Positions 1 to 7,849 of a DNA stretch of 25,370 nt are shown here, in pieces (positions within the stretch are counted from its first letter, which is position 1; every line of letters begins with the position of its first letter). Position numbers and translations under genes: made by a program. Origin of the DNA: an uncultured Candidatus Izemoplasmatales bacterium (lineage in GTDB: Bacteria; Bacillota_I; Bacilli_A; Izemoplasmatales; Izemoplasmataceae); the NCBI GenBank assembly GCA_964652375.1, contig CAZZAP010000027.1:1-25370 (forward strand), read 5' to 3'. Under the pieces are notes generated by a model. The model saw nothing but the letters and a program-made list of their open reading frames with translations, ran no database searches and was not told the DNA's origin.

Positions 1-61
1 AGACTTAAAAGAAAGGAGAGTATAGTTAAATTAATTCAATTTAATTATACAAGGTATATAT

Positions 62-961
62 ATGAAAAAACTAATACAAAAACCACTCGCATCAACACTG
101 ATGAGCAGTGTACAAGCAGCATATAATCATTACAATGATAAACCGCTATCCGAAGCTATGTTGTATGGATTAAGTGGGCACGCCTTTGTAATTCACATCA
201 CCAATGGACTTGGTCCATGTGCTCCATATACCTGGGATATGAAGCCTTTTGATACACTTTGTAAAGAGAATCTGGGACTAAGTATCTTTAATGATGAAAC
301 TCTCATTACAAAAGACACAACGTGTGAACCATGTAGAAAGGCAACACTAATGATGATGAAAAGCATTGATGAAGGGAATCTTGTTTTACTAAGTTCATAC
401 GAGTATCAATTAATTACAGAGTATACAGATGAAGTATTCATCACCACAAAACCGTGGGATGACAATGCTTATGTAACTCCTGATTTGGAACTGAATACAT
501 TTGAAGGATTAATTGATTTTTGTATGTTTTATCGCATTGAAAAAACAGAGAAAATTTCATTAAGACAAGGAATTCTCGATTCGCTTGATTATGCAATATC
601 TTTATTTGAGAATCCACATGCTACACTTGATTCAGCAATGGGTATAAAAGCATATGATTTCTGGCTTGAAAAAATAAATGAAGAAAATGCAACTGGGCAC
701 GGTAATTGGTGGTCTTCAACTGTTTGGGCTGAGAGTAGAAAAATGGCAAGTTTGTATATGACTGAAATAAAGCCATATTTTACCTGTGATGATATATTTG
801 ATGAGGTATCTGAAATCTACAAAACTTCATCAAAACTGTTCACCGACATTGCGAATAGAGAAACAAAGATGGACAAGAAGATTGAGTTAATTAAAGCCTT
901 GAAAGAAAATGAGATGCTTTCATATGACGTGTTAAATAAACTACAAAAACAAATAAAGTAA
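62..961 (+). CDS. Hypothetical protein. The N-terminal segment resembles the BtrH_N (papain-like) family signature (LSEAMLYGLSGHAF, compare SE-x-hydrophobic-FGLG-G-x-F). The position where that family has its Cys appears to be Ser.
   Basis: 299-aa ORF. ATG with a weak upstream SD (tacaaggtatatatATG). Ends at a 9-bp stem terminator. Family similarity is recalled by eye, not searched. Confidence 0.5.
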   Translation: MKKLIQKPLASTLMSSVQAAYNHYNDKPLSEAMLYGLSGHAFVIHITNGLGPCAPYTWDMKPFDTLCKENLGLSIFNDETLITKDTTCEPCRKATLMMMKSIDEGNLVLLSSYEYQLITEYTDEVFITTKPWDDNAYVTPDLELNTFEGLIDFCMFYRIEKTEKISLRQGILDSLDYAISLFENPHATLDSAMGIKAYDFWLEKINEENATGHGNWWSSTVWAESRKMASLYMTEIKPYFTCDDIFDEVSEIYKTSSKLFTDIANRETKMDKKIELIKALKENEMLSYDVLNKLQKQIK

Positions 962-990
962 AACAAGATGGTGACATCTTGTTTTCTTAT
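962..990 (+). terminator. Intrinsic terminator after ORF 62-961
   Basis: AACAAGATG-gtga-CATCTTGTT perfect 9-bp inverted repeat followed by TTCTTAT. Confidence 0.6.
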
Positions 991-1083
991 GTATTTGTCC
1001 AAAAAATGTGGACTTTTTATAAACCTGCTTTTTAATTTCGTCTATAAATGTTAGAATGATAATGAACCAAAGAAGGTGGAAAT

Positions 1084-3165
1084 ATGAAACGTTTTAGTAG
1101 TTTGCTTCTTGTTTGTTTGTTAATTATATTAACTGCATGCACAGAGGCACCAACAAGTGAACAAACATTGCAGGAGAGTCTAGAGTTAGAACTAGACCGT
1201 ATTTCGACGTTAATTCCACATGAGTTATCACAAAATATACTGCTTCCATCTGCTTCTGAAACATTTGAGGTTGTGTATATACTAGAAGGAGCGGTCTTAG
1301 ATACAAGAATTGTACTTCATAGGCTTACACCGGTGAATGAGACACTAACGCTAAAAATAATTGTATCAAAAGATGGTGAGACGAGTGATCGTATCGTTGC
1401 GCTAGTGAACATTGGTGATGAAGATAGTTATAATGAAGATGTGGTATTACTTGAGCAAGTAGAGGCTGAGTTTCATCGAATCAAAGCATTGATTCCACTT
1501 ACATATGAAGAGTCGTTTGCGTTACCAACAAGCGAAGAGATGTTTGTGGTGAATTACTATATGATGGGTGATCTCTTGACAGATTTTACTGTTCCGTTTT
1601 TTCAGCTGAAGACCGATCAAGAAATTGTGATAGAAATTCATTTAGAGATTGATGAAATAAGTTTTATTGAGTCGATTGTGATTACTCAGATTGGTGATCT
1701 TGAGAAGTATAATCAATTGATTCATGAGTATGAGTTTAGTTATATTATTGATCAAGTTGGTTGGTTGTTGCCGTCGAGGTTTAACTCGAATGTGACATTA
1801 CCACTGGTTGATGATGTATCGATTGTATATAGTGTTGATTGCACCATCATTGAAAGAGGAAGAGTCGTTTATACATTTCCTGATGAAGATCAAAACTGTA
1901 GTATAGAAGCGATTATTACGTATAATGACGAGACAAGAACGGTAGATTATCCATTTGTTATGAGTTCGTTTGATAACTTGCCACGCATCCCGCAGATGCA
2001 CATTAACACAGTAGGAGATGCAGAGATAACGAGTAATGAGATTTATACAAATGCACATATGACGGTCTATAATGTTCCTGGACTAGATAATGAGAACTTA
2101 TACAATGTACCATTAGAAATTAGGCTTCGAGGAAACTCGACACTATATATGCCAAAAAAATCGTATAAGATTAAATTTAATGAGAAACAAGAACTATTTG
2201 GGGATTATAGTGAGAGAAGATGGGTGTTGCTTGCAAACCATGTTGATCAATCACTTGTTCGTGATTACGTAGCATTCAAACTAGCGGATAAGATATCCGA
2301 TGAGTTTGCACCTTGTTATCATTTTGTTGATGTATATGTAAATGGAGAATACCAAGGGAATTATTTATTAACAGACCAAGTTGAAGTGAGCAATGATCGT
2401 ATTGATGTCGAAGAAAATACTTCGGATATTGATACTGGATACTTGGTTGAATACGATATTGGGTTATATCGAATAGGGTTAGAGGAAAGTGGTGAAAACT
2501 ACTTCTTGATTGATGGAATTCCATTTGTGATTAAGTCTCCAGAGCACACAGATGAACACTACGTTGATGAGCAAAAAGACTACATAGAAGAATATTTTAA
2601 TTTGGTGTTACAAACACTGAAAAATTATGATGATTATACAGAACTAATTGATGAAGCAACCTTTATTGATTGGTTTATTGTGAATGAGATCTTTAAGAAT
2701 GTCGATTCAGGATATTCTAGTGTCTACTTCCATATGGACAAAGGTGGCAAATTAAAAATGGGTCCTGTATGGGATTTTGATATTTCTTCTGGTGTACCTG
2801 GTTATGTAAGTGAAGAACTTAGAGGACCAACAGGTTGGTGGACGCCTAGAGCTGATAAAAACGTGTTCTTCTATTATTTAATGCAGTATCCAGAGTTTAG
2901 GCAAAGCTTAAAAGATCGCTGGAATGAACTGTATGATCCAGTTATTTTATCAGCACTAGACGATGTCTTTATTGGGGCAGATTCCATTACTCACTCTCGT
3001 TATAATAACTTTGAGAAATGGGATATTATCGGTGTTGATTGGAACTGGTATACATCTCCTGAAGTATACGATATAAAAACGTATGACGGACAAGTATGGT
3101 TCTTGTATGATTTCTTAGAGGTACGTATTGAATGGATGAATCAAGAAATTAATAACTTGGATTAG
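1084..3165 (+). CDS. CotH-kinase-family lipoprotein with three N-terminal ~90-100 aa repeats (aBig-like beta domain)
   Basis: Signal peptide plus lipobox (LLVCLLIILTAC). Three tandem protein repeats sharing the pattern R-I-x-x-LIP...LP-S/T-S-E-x-F-x-V-x-Y. The C-terminal ~390 aa carry CotH-like motifs (KKSYKIKF, YLLTDQVEVSND, FYFHMDKGGKLKMGPVWDFD). SD gaaGGTGGaaat before the ATG. Confidence 0.8.
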   Translation: MKRFSSLLLVCLLIILTACTEAPTSEQTLQESLELELDRISTLIPHELSQNILLPSASETFEVVYILEGAVLDTRIVLHRLTPVNETLTLKIIVSKDGETSDRIVALVNIGDEDSYNEDVVLLEQVEAEFHRIKALIPLTYEESFALPTSEEMFVVNYYMMGDLLTDFTVPFFQLKTDQEIVIEIHLEIDEISFIESIVITQIGDLEKYNQLIHEYEFSYIIDQVGWLLPSRFNSNVTLPLVDDVSIVYSVDCTIIERGRVVYTFPDEDQNCSIEAIITYNDETRTVDYPFVMSSFDNLPRIPQMHINTVGDAEITSNEIYTNAHMTVYNVPGLDNENLYNVPLEIRLRGNSTLYMPKKSYKIKFNEKQELFGDYSERRWVLLANHVDQSLVRDYVAFKLADKISDEFAPCYHFVDVYVNGEYQGNYLLTDQVEVSNDRIDVEENTSDIDTGYLVEYDIGLYRIGLEESGENYFLIDGIPFVIKSPEHTDEHYVDEQKDYIEEYFNLVLQTLKNYDDYTELIDEATFIDWFIVNEIFKNVDSGYSSVYFHMDKGGKLKMGPVWDFDISSGVPGYVSEELRGPTGWWTPRADKNVFFYYLMQYPEFRQSLKDRWNELYDPVILSALDDVFIGADSITHSRYNNFEKWDIIGVDWNWYTSPEVYDIKTYDGQVWFLYDFLEVRIEWMNQEINNLD

Positions 3166-3184
3166 AGAGATAGAGGTAATCTAT

Positions 3185-3607
3185 ATGAACAATAAAATTG
3201 AAATTAAAGAATTTAATGAAGCTGGTTATCAAGGTGTTGTTTCATATGAATCATGGCGTGTAGCGCTATTGAACTATATCGATGAGTTAGAACCACACCT
3301 AATTGACAATGTGCAGGCTCATAATCTGACAGATGAAGTGTTTGTGCTTCTTAGTGGGAAATGTATCCTTTATATTTGTGATATTGAAGATGGGGTAATC
3401 ACTCATATTGAAGGAATTGATATGAAACCAAATAAACTGTACAACATCAAAAAAGGTGTATACCATACACATACACTTAGCAAGGACGCAAAAGTGTTAA
3501 TCGTTGAGAACGATGACACGTGTGACGATAACTCACCAAAAATAGATGTTGATTCAACTGTGAATCAACAACTAGTAGCAATTAGAAACACGTTGTGGGG
3601 TGAGTAA
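3185..3607 (+). CDS. Small cupin-fold protein (140 aa), function unknown
   Basis: SD GAGGT 11 nt upstream. The sequence has two cupin-like motifs (QAHNLTDEVFVLLSG, KKGVYHTHTL). The stop overlaps the next start (TAAATG). Confidence 0.6.
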   Translation: MNNKIEIKEFNEAGYQGVVSYESWRVALLNYIDELEPHLIDNVQAHNLTDEVFVLLSGKCILYICDIEDGVITHIEGIDMKPNKLYNIKKGVYHTHTLSKDAKVLIVENDDTCDDNSPKIDVDSTVNQQLVAIRNTLWGE

Positions 3608-4051
3608 ATGTATTTAATAAGTGCATGTATTGCTGGTGTGAACTGCAAATATGATGGACATAATAATTTTCATCGAATCGCAAAAGAATTAGTAGATGCA
3701 AACAAAGCTGTTCTTGCATGTCCTGAAGAATTAGGGGGATTACCTACTCCTAGAACGCCGTGTGAGATCAAAGAAGGAAAGGTCATCTCAAAAACAGGAG
3801 ATGATGTTTCTTCAGAGTTTAGGGTAGGTGCATCAAAAACCTTGGAGATTGCAAAAAAACACAATGTCAAAATTGCAATTATGCAAAAACGAAGTCCTTC
3901 TTGTGGTGTACATCAAATCTATGATGGAACTTTTACTAGCTCGCTTATAAGTGGGCAAGGTGTAACTACTACGTTGCTACAAAAAAACGGTATTAAAGTA
4001 ATTACGATTGACGAGTATATTGAGCAGTATTATCAATATGATTTCAAATAA
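3608..4051 (+). CDS. DUF523 (YbbK/TudS, 2-thiouracil desulfurase-like) family protein
   Basis: N-terminus MYLISACIAGVNCKYDGHNN matches the DUF523 signature (SaC-x-x-G-x-x-c-R/K-YdG). Conserved Cys residues are present. Translationally coupled to the upstream cupin ORF. Confidence 0.7.
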   Translation: MYLISACIAGVNCKYDGHNNFHRIAKELVDANKAVLACPEELGGLPTPRTPCEIKEGKVISKTGDDVSSEFRVGASKTLEIAKKHNVKIAIMQKRSPSCGVHQIYDGTFTSSLISGQGVTTTLLQKNGIKVITIDEYIEQYYQYDFK

Positions 4052-4083
4052 AAAAGAGCGAATTCGCTCTTTTATTTTTTTTC
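4052..4083. terminator. Bidirectional intrinsic terminator shared by the DUF523 gene (+) and plsY (-)
   Basis: AAAAAAGAGCGAATTCGCTCTTTTATTTTTTTT. A perfect GAGCGAATTCGCTC palindrome flanked by A-run and T-run. Confidence 0.8.
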
Positions 4084-4707
4084 AGCTTCTTTCACTCTAA
4101 TACGATCCTTGTTGCGGTTAAACTTTCTAATACCAACTTCTCTTCTCGCGATGATTCGTTTGTAATTTTCTAAGTGTTTATAAAATGATACTAGTGAAAA
4201 TAAACTCATTACACCAATTGATACGATATCGAAATGGTAATACATCATAACGATTGGTGTTATGATGATTGCTGCTAGTGTAGATAAAGCAATGTAATCA
4301 GTGATATATAATATTAAGAAGAATACAAAGAACATCACGGCTGCGAACAATGGCATTGTTGCAATTAATACACCACCAAATGTGGCAGTTCCTTTTCCGC
4401 CTTTAAAATTATAATAATAAGGGAATATATGTCCCATTATTACACTGAATCCACTTAAAAACCACATAACATCCATGGTAGGATATATCATGCGAACAAT
4501 TACGACAGGGACAATACCTTTTAAGATATCCATAATACCAACAAAGATTCCCCACCTATATCCAATTGACATCGTTACATTAGAAGTTCCAGCGTTTTTA
4601 CTGTTGATCTTTCTAATGTCAATACCTTTGGTTCGTTTAGAGACTATAATTGCTGGATTGATGTTTCCTATTAGATAACTTAAAACAATGACGAATACGT
4701 AATTCAT
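4072..4707 (-). CDS. plsY: Glycerol-3-phosphate acyltransferase PlsY
   Basis: Polytopic membrane protein. Motifs DIRKINSKNAGTSN (compare D-RK-GSGN-GATN) and HIFPYYYNFKGGKGTATFGG (compare F-GGKGVAT). SD AGGAGGTG before the ATG on the minus strand. Confidence 0.8.
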   Translation of the reverse strand: MNYVFVIVLSYLIGNINPAIIVSKRTKGIDIRKINSKNAGTSNVTMSIGYRWGIFVGIMDILKGIVPVVIVRMIYPTMDVMWFLSGFSVIMGHIFPYYYNFKGGKGTATFGGVLIATMPLFAAVMFFVFFLILYITDYIALSTLAAIIITPIVMMYYHFDIVSIGVMSLFSLVSFYKHLENYKRIIARREVGIRKFNRNKDRIRVKEAEKK

Positions 4708-4810
4708 AGTGCACCTCCTATAATCTCATTAATAGCATTATACTATACTCTGACAAATATACAAAACAAGAAAACATATTTTTTTCTTCTCGGATACTAA
4801 ATTAGAACTA

Positions 4811-4837
4811 TTGAAGTTACAAGGTTTTTGGTATAAT
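4811..4837 (+). promoter_or_regulatory. Putative sigma-A promoter for the GNAT gene (TTGAAG -35, extended -10 TGGTATAAT)
   Basis: TTGAAG at 4811-4816 and TGgTATAAT at 4829-4837. The 15-nt spacer is short but compensated by the extended -10. Confidence 0.35.
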
Positions 4838-4886
4838 AATACTGATTTGATGTAGTCATATACTAGTTATATATAGGAGGTTGCAT

Positions 4887-5645
4887 ATGAGACTAAGAAA
4901 AGTAGATAGAAACGAAGCAATTTCCCTTTTTCGATTGTATTTGGATGAACTTGTATATGGTATAGATGGGTATTACGAAAGAAGAATCATTAATGCTGAA
5001 TGTTTTATGATTGAAGATGATGATGTACTTGGGATCTGCGCGATTGACGGTGAATGGTTAACAGGATTATATATCTTTGCTACTCATAGGAATAAATATC
5101 ATGAGATCTTTTCATTTGTGTTAAGACAAGGTATAAAGAAAATACTAATGACTACCAAAGATGACTTGTTGATGCATGAAATAAAACAAAGAGGATATAT
5201 GACAGAGCAACAAGCATATAATTTTATCTACAGAGAGAAGTGTACTACTGATTTTCAGATGCAACCAGCAACGATAAATGATCACGATAGAATCAACGAA
5301 CTCTTCATTGATTTTATTACACAAGGAGAAATCAAATTAAAAGAAAATGAGCTTTTTGTTTTTTATAATGATACTGGTGAATTGGTATCAATGGGAGTGA
5401 TTGATCCATATATTATGAAACCCTCAAAAGCGTGTGTTGGTATGGCAGTGAATGAAAAATATAGAAGACAAGGATACGGGGTAAAAACACTACAGTTTTT
5501 AGTGAAGTATCTACAGTCAAAAAATATGGAGATAAATGCAAGGTGTTGGTATAAAAATACAGCATCTAGAAAGACTCTTCTAAAAGCAGGGTTTGAGTTA
5601 ACAAATGAGTTGATTCGAATCGAATATGTTAAGGAGAAAACGTAG
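4887..5645 (+). CDS. GNAT-family N-acetyltransferase
   Basis: C-terminal acetyl-CoA binding motif (VGMAVNEKYRRQGYGVKTLQFLV). GGAGG sits 6 nt before the ATG at 4887. The track start at 4881 is a TTG two codons upstream. Confidence 0.7.
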   Translation: MRLRKVDRNEAISLFRLYLDELVYGIDGYYERRIINAECFMIEDDDVLGICAIDGEWLTGLYIFATHRNKYHEIFSFVLRQGIKKILMTTKDDLLMHEIKQRGYMTEQQAYNFIYREKCTTDFQMQPATINDHDRINELFIDFITQGEIKLKENELFVFYNDTGELVSMGVIDPYIMKPSKACVGMAVNEKYRRQGYGVKTLQFLVKYLQSKNMEINARCWYKNTASRKTLLKAGFELTNELIRIEYVKEKT

Positions 5646-5665
5646 TGTTGGACACTGTGTGATTT

Positions 5666-5704
5666 CACGTAAAAATGAACTTCCATATGATAATTATTTA
5701 CGTG
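5666..5704. promoter_or_regulatory. 8-bp inverted repeat CACGTAAA ... TTTACGTG (23-nt spacer) upstream of the XRE-cupin gene
   Basis: Perfect arms at 5666-5673 and 5697-5704. It shares the ACGTAA core with the hairpin at 6478-6498. Confidence 0.3.
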
Positions 5705-5824
5705 GTAACAATACTGATTTACTAGAAGTTGATACTGCGAATCTGATAATAAATCACATTAAAATAAGTAAGAATAAGGGTGCATAAATTGCATTTTTAT
5801 TTTCCCCAAAACGTTGCTTAAAAA

Positions 5825-5856
5825 CTATGTATATGTTATAATGCACATATATACAA
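5825..5856 (+). promoter_or_regulatory. Putative promoter of the XRE-cupin gene: extended -10 TGtTATAAT embedded in an imperfect TA-rich dyad
   Basis: TGTTATAAT at 5833-5841. Flanks ATGTATATG (5826-5834) and CACATATATACA (5843-5854) are near-reverse-complements. A second TACAAT is at 5851-5856. Confidence 0.4.
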
Positions 5857-5906
5857 TATAACGACTGTGCGCGAACAAGAACGAAGATGCAATAAAACGC
5901 ACAAGA

Positions 5907-6476
5907 ATGGAAGTGATGTTTGTGGAAGAAATTACACGTATTATTGGGAAGAATATCAAACAATTAAGAGATGATAAAGGTCTTAGTTTAGACAAATTAT
6001 CGAATTTAACTGACGTTAGCAAAAGTATGCTTGGGCAAATCGAAAGAGCGGAATCTAGTCCTTCAATCAATGTGCTGTGGAAGATAGCTACTGGACTGAA
6101 AATACCTTTGGGTGTATTACTCGAAGAGGAAAAAGATGAGTTCTTTAAGGTCCCCGTGCGCAAAGCAATCACTGCTGATGATGACAAATATGTATGCTAC
6201 CCCACGTTTGATTTTAATCAGGATCAAAACTTTGAGATGTTCCGCGTGGAACTAGAGTCGCAAGGATTTTTAGATGGGGTACCTCTTGTAAAGGGAGCAC
6301 TTGAATATATCACTGTTTTTACAGGTACATTGACACTGTATTTTGGCGATCAAATTATTGATCTTTCAAGAGGAGAATCACTATGTTTTGATGCAAGTTT
6401 GAAACACAAATATTCAAACGAGACATTAATTAAAACGGAGTATAGTATGATGCTATATTATCCACTTGGTAAGTAA
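5907..6476 (+). CDS. XRE-family HTH transcriptional regulator with C-terminal cupin sensor domain
   Basis: N-terminal HTH (LRDDKGLSLDKLSNLTDVSKSMLGQIERAESSPSINVLWKIATGL). The C-terminal ~100 aa are a beta-rich cupin-like domain. The start is uncertain: ATG 5907, ATG 5916 and GTG 5922 are all possible, and only GTG 5922 has reasonable SD spacing (GGAAG + 8 nt). Confidence 0.75.
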   Translation: MEVMFVEEITRIIGKNIKQLRDDKGLSLDKLSNLTDVSKSMLGQIERAESSPSINVLWKIATGLKIPLGVLLEEEKDEFFKVPVRKAITADDDKYVCYPTFDFNQDQNFEMFRVELESQGFLDGVPLVKGALEYITVFTGTLTLYFGDQIIDLSRGESLCFDASLKHKYSNETLIKTEYSMMLYYPLGK

Positions 6477-6477
6477 A

Positions 6478-6498
6478 AGATTTTACGTAATAAAATCT
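6478..6498 (+). promoter_or_regulatory. Hairpin/palindrome AGATTTTA-cgtaa-TAAAATCT immediately after the regulator stop, centred on the TTACGTAA palindrome
   Basis: Perfect 8-bp stem with a 5-nt loop. There is no U-run, so this is more likely an operator or RNA element than a terminator. A TATAAT follows at 6506-6511. Confidence 0.35.
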
Positions 6499-6537
6499 AT
6501 CAAGTATAATTGAAAAAAAGAACATAAGGAGACACGA

Positions 6538-7191
6538 ATGAGAATAGGAATTATAGGACCAATTGGTTCTGGAAAATCAACATTAGCAAAACGATTATCT
6601 GAACATTATGAGGTACCACTAATTGAAGAACCTGTTGAGAAAAATGAGTTCTTACCACTCTTTTATCAAGACAAAGAAATGTTTGCTCTACTTAGTCAAA
6701 ATGCTTTTTATTCATCACTCTTTTTATTGATGTGGAAATCAAGGCATGAAGAATCTTGTATCTTTGATTCAACGTTATTTTCTAATCTAGTTTTTACAGA
6801 GTTGCTTCGTTTAGAAGGAATTATGTCAGCGTATGAAGTTGCATTAACGTATGCAATTGCGGATGAACATTTAAAAAGATTACCAGATGTTGATGTTCAT
6901 GTTGTATTAGTGAATAAGGAAGACAAACTGTTTCAAAATGTTCGCAAGCGTGGTAGAGAAATGGAACAAGATCAAATTGATTATTTAACATTCCACTATC
7001 GAAATTATACAGATGTACTAGATCGAATCTTTAAGAACTACCAAGTTCCTGAAGATAAAATATTGTATCTAGAAATGGATGATATCTACGTTGAAGATGA
7101 GTTCTTACGAGTGGTGAATGTGATTGAAGAGTTTCACAATAATCTACCAAAAAAGTATTTAGCAGATATCAAACAATATAAAAACAAATAA
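6538..7191 (+). CDS. Deoxynucleoside kinase (dCK/dGK family)
   Basis: P-loop IGPIGSGKST. LID-like RKRGREMEQ. Length and order of elements are typical of Gram-positive dAdo/dCyd or dGuo kinases. SD AAGGAGA before the ATG. Confidence 0.7.
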   Translation: MRIGIIGPIGSGKSTLAKRLSEHYEVPLIEEPVEKNEFLPLFYQDKEMFALLSQNAFYSSLFLLMWKSRHEESCIFDSTLFSNLVFTELLRLEGIMSAYEVALTYAIADEHLKRLPDVDVHVVLVNKEDKLFQNVRKRGREMEQDQIDYLTFHYRNYTDVLDRIFKNYQVPEDKILYLEMDDIYVEDEFLRVVNVIEEFHNNLPKKYLADIKQYKNK

Positions 7192-7215
7192 AGAGGTGAT
7201 ACCTCTTTTTTTTGA
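7191..7215 (+). terminator. Intrinsic terminator
   Basis: AAGAGGT-gat-ACCTCTT followed by TTTTTTT. Confidence 0.75.
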
Positions 7216-7235
7216 TAACTAATAATGCATCTACC

Positions 7236-7264
7236 TTGAAATTGTGTGTAAAAAGGCATACAAT
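7236..7264 (+). promoter_or_regulatory. Sigma-A promoter for gpx (TTGAAA, 17 nt, TACAAT)
   Basis: TTGAAA at 7236-7241 and TACAAT at 7259-7264. Confidence 0.5.
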
Positions 7265-7311
7265 TAGAATATCATTAGGGCACGATTAAATTAAATATAA
7301 GAGGTGGAATT

Positions 7312-7785
7312 ATGAAACTATATGATATAACAGTTGAAACAGTACAAGGATTAGAAAAAACATTAGAAGAATACAAAGGAAAGACATTACTCGTTGTGAA
7401 TATTGCGAGTAAGTGTGGATTTACTCCTCAGCTTACAGGGTTGGAAGAGTTGTATCAGAAATATAAGGATCAAGGGTTTGTAATACTTGGATTCCCGTGT
7501 AATCAGTTCTTAAAACAATCTCCAGGATCAAATACAGAGTTGTTAGAATTTTGTCAACTGAACTATGGTGTAACGTTTGATGTGTTTGCCAAGATTGATG
7601 TGAAGGGTAAAAATCAAAGTGAATTGTACCAGTACTTAGTTGAACATGCACCAAATAGACAAGGAAAGAAAGTGAAGTGGAACTTTGAGAAGTTTCTTAT
7701 CAATAAAGAAGGTGTGATTGTACATCGTTATTCACCAAGTATTGAACCTAAAGACATTGATACAGATCTAGCAGAAATACTATAA
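7312..7785 (+). CDS. gpx: Glutathione peroxidase
   Basis: LVVNIASKCGFTPQ active-site Cys motif. The FPCNQF and WNFEKFL motifs are present. SD AGAGGTGG. Confidence 0.9.
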   Translation: MKLYDITVETVQGLEKTLEEYKGKTLLVVNIASKCGFTPQLTGLEELYQKYKDQGFVILGFPCNQFLKQSPGSNTELLEFCQLNYGVTFDVFAKIDVKGKNQSELYQYLVEHAPNRQGKKVKWNFEKFLINKEGVIVHRYSPSIEPKDIDTDLAEIL

Positions 7786-7810
7786 ACACACTGTTCGTGT
7801 GTTTTTTTCT
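7786..7810 (+). terminator. Intrinsic terminator
   Basis: ACACAC-tgttc-GTGTGT followed by TTTTTTT. Confidence 0.8.
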
Positions 7811-7849
7811 TACATATGTTAAAATAGATACATAAGGAGGCTAGATAAC

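Noticed and set aside
4475-4678. 67-aa plus-strand ORF inside plsY
   Set aside because: It is antisense to a conserved membrane enzyme gene, has no SD, and has hydrophobic mirror-image composition.
5754-6187. Two minus-strand ORFs (69 aa and 120 aa) overlapping the XRE-cupin promoter and coding region
   Set aside because: There are no ribosome-binding sites. They overlap a confidently called regulator and its AT-rich promoter, so they are low-complexity frames typical of AT-rich DNA.
7241-7262. TGTGTGTAAAAAGGCATACA in the gpx promoter spacer as a PerR/OxyR-type operator
   Set aside because: It is only a loose dyad (TGTGT/ATACA) and does not match the PerR box (TTATAATNATTATAA). It is recorded as part of the promoter only.
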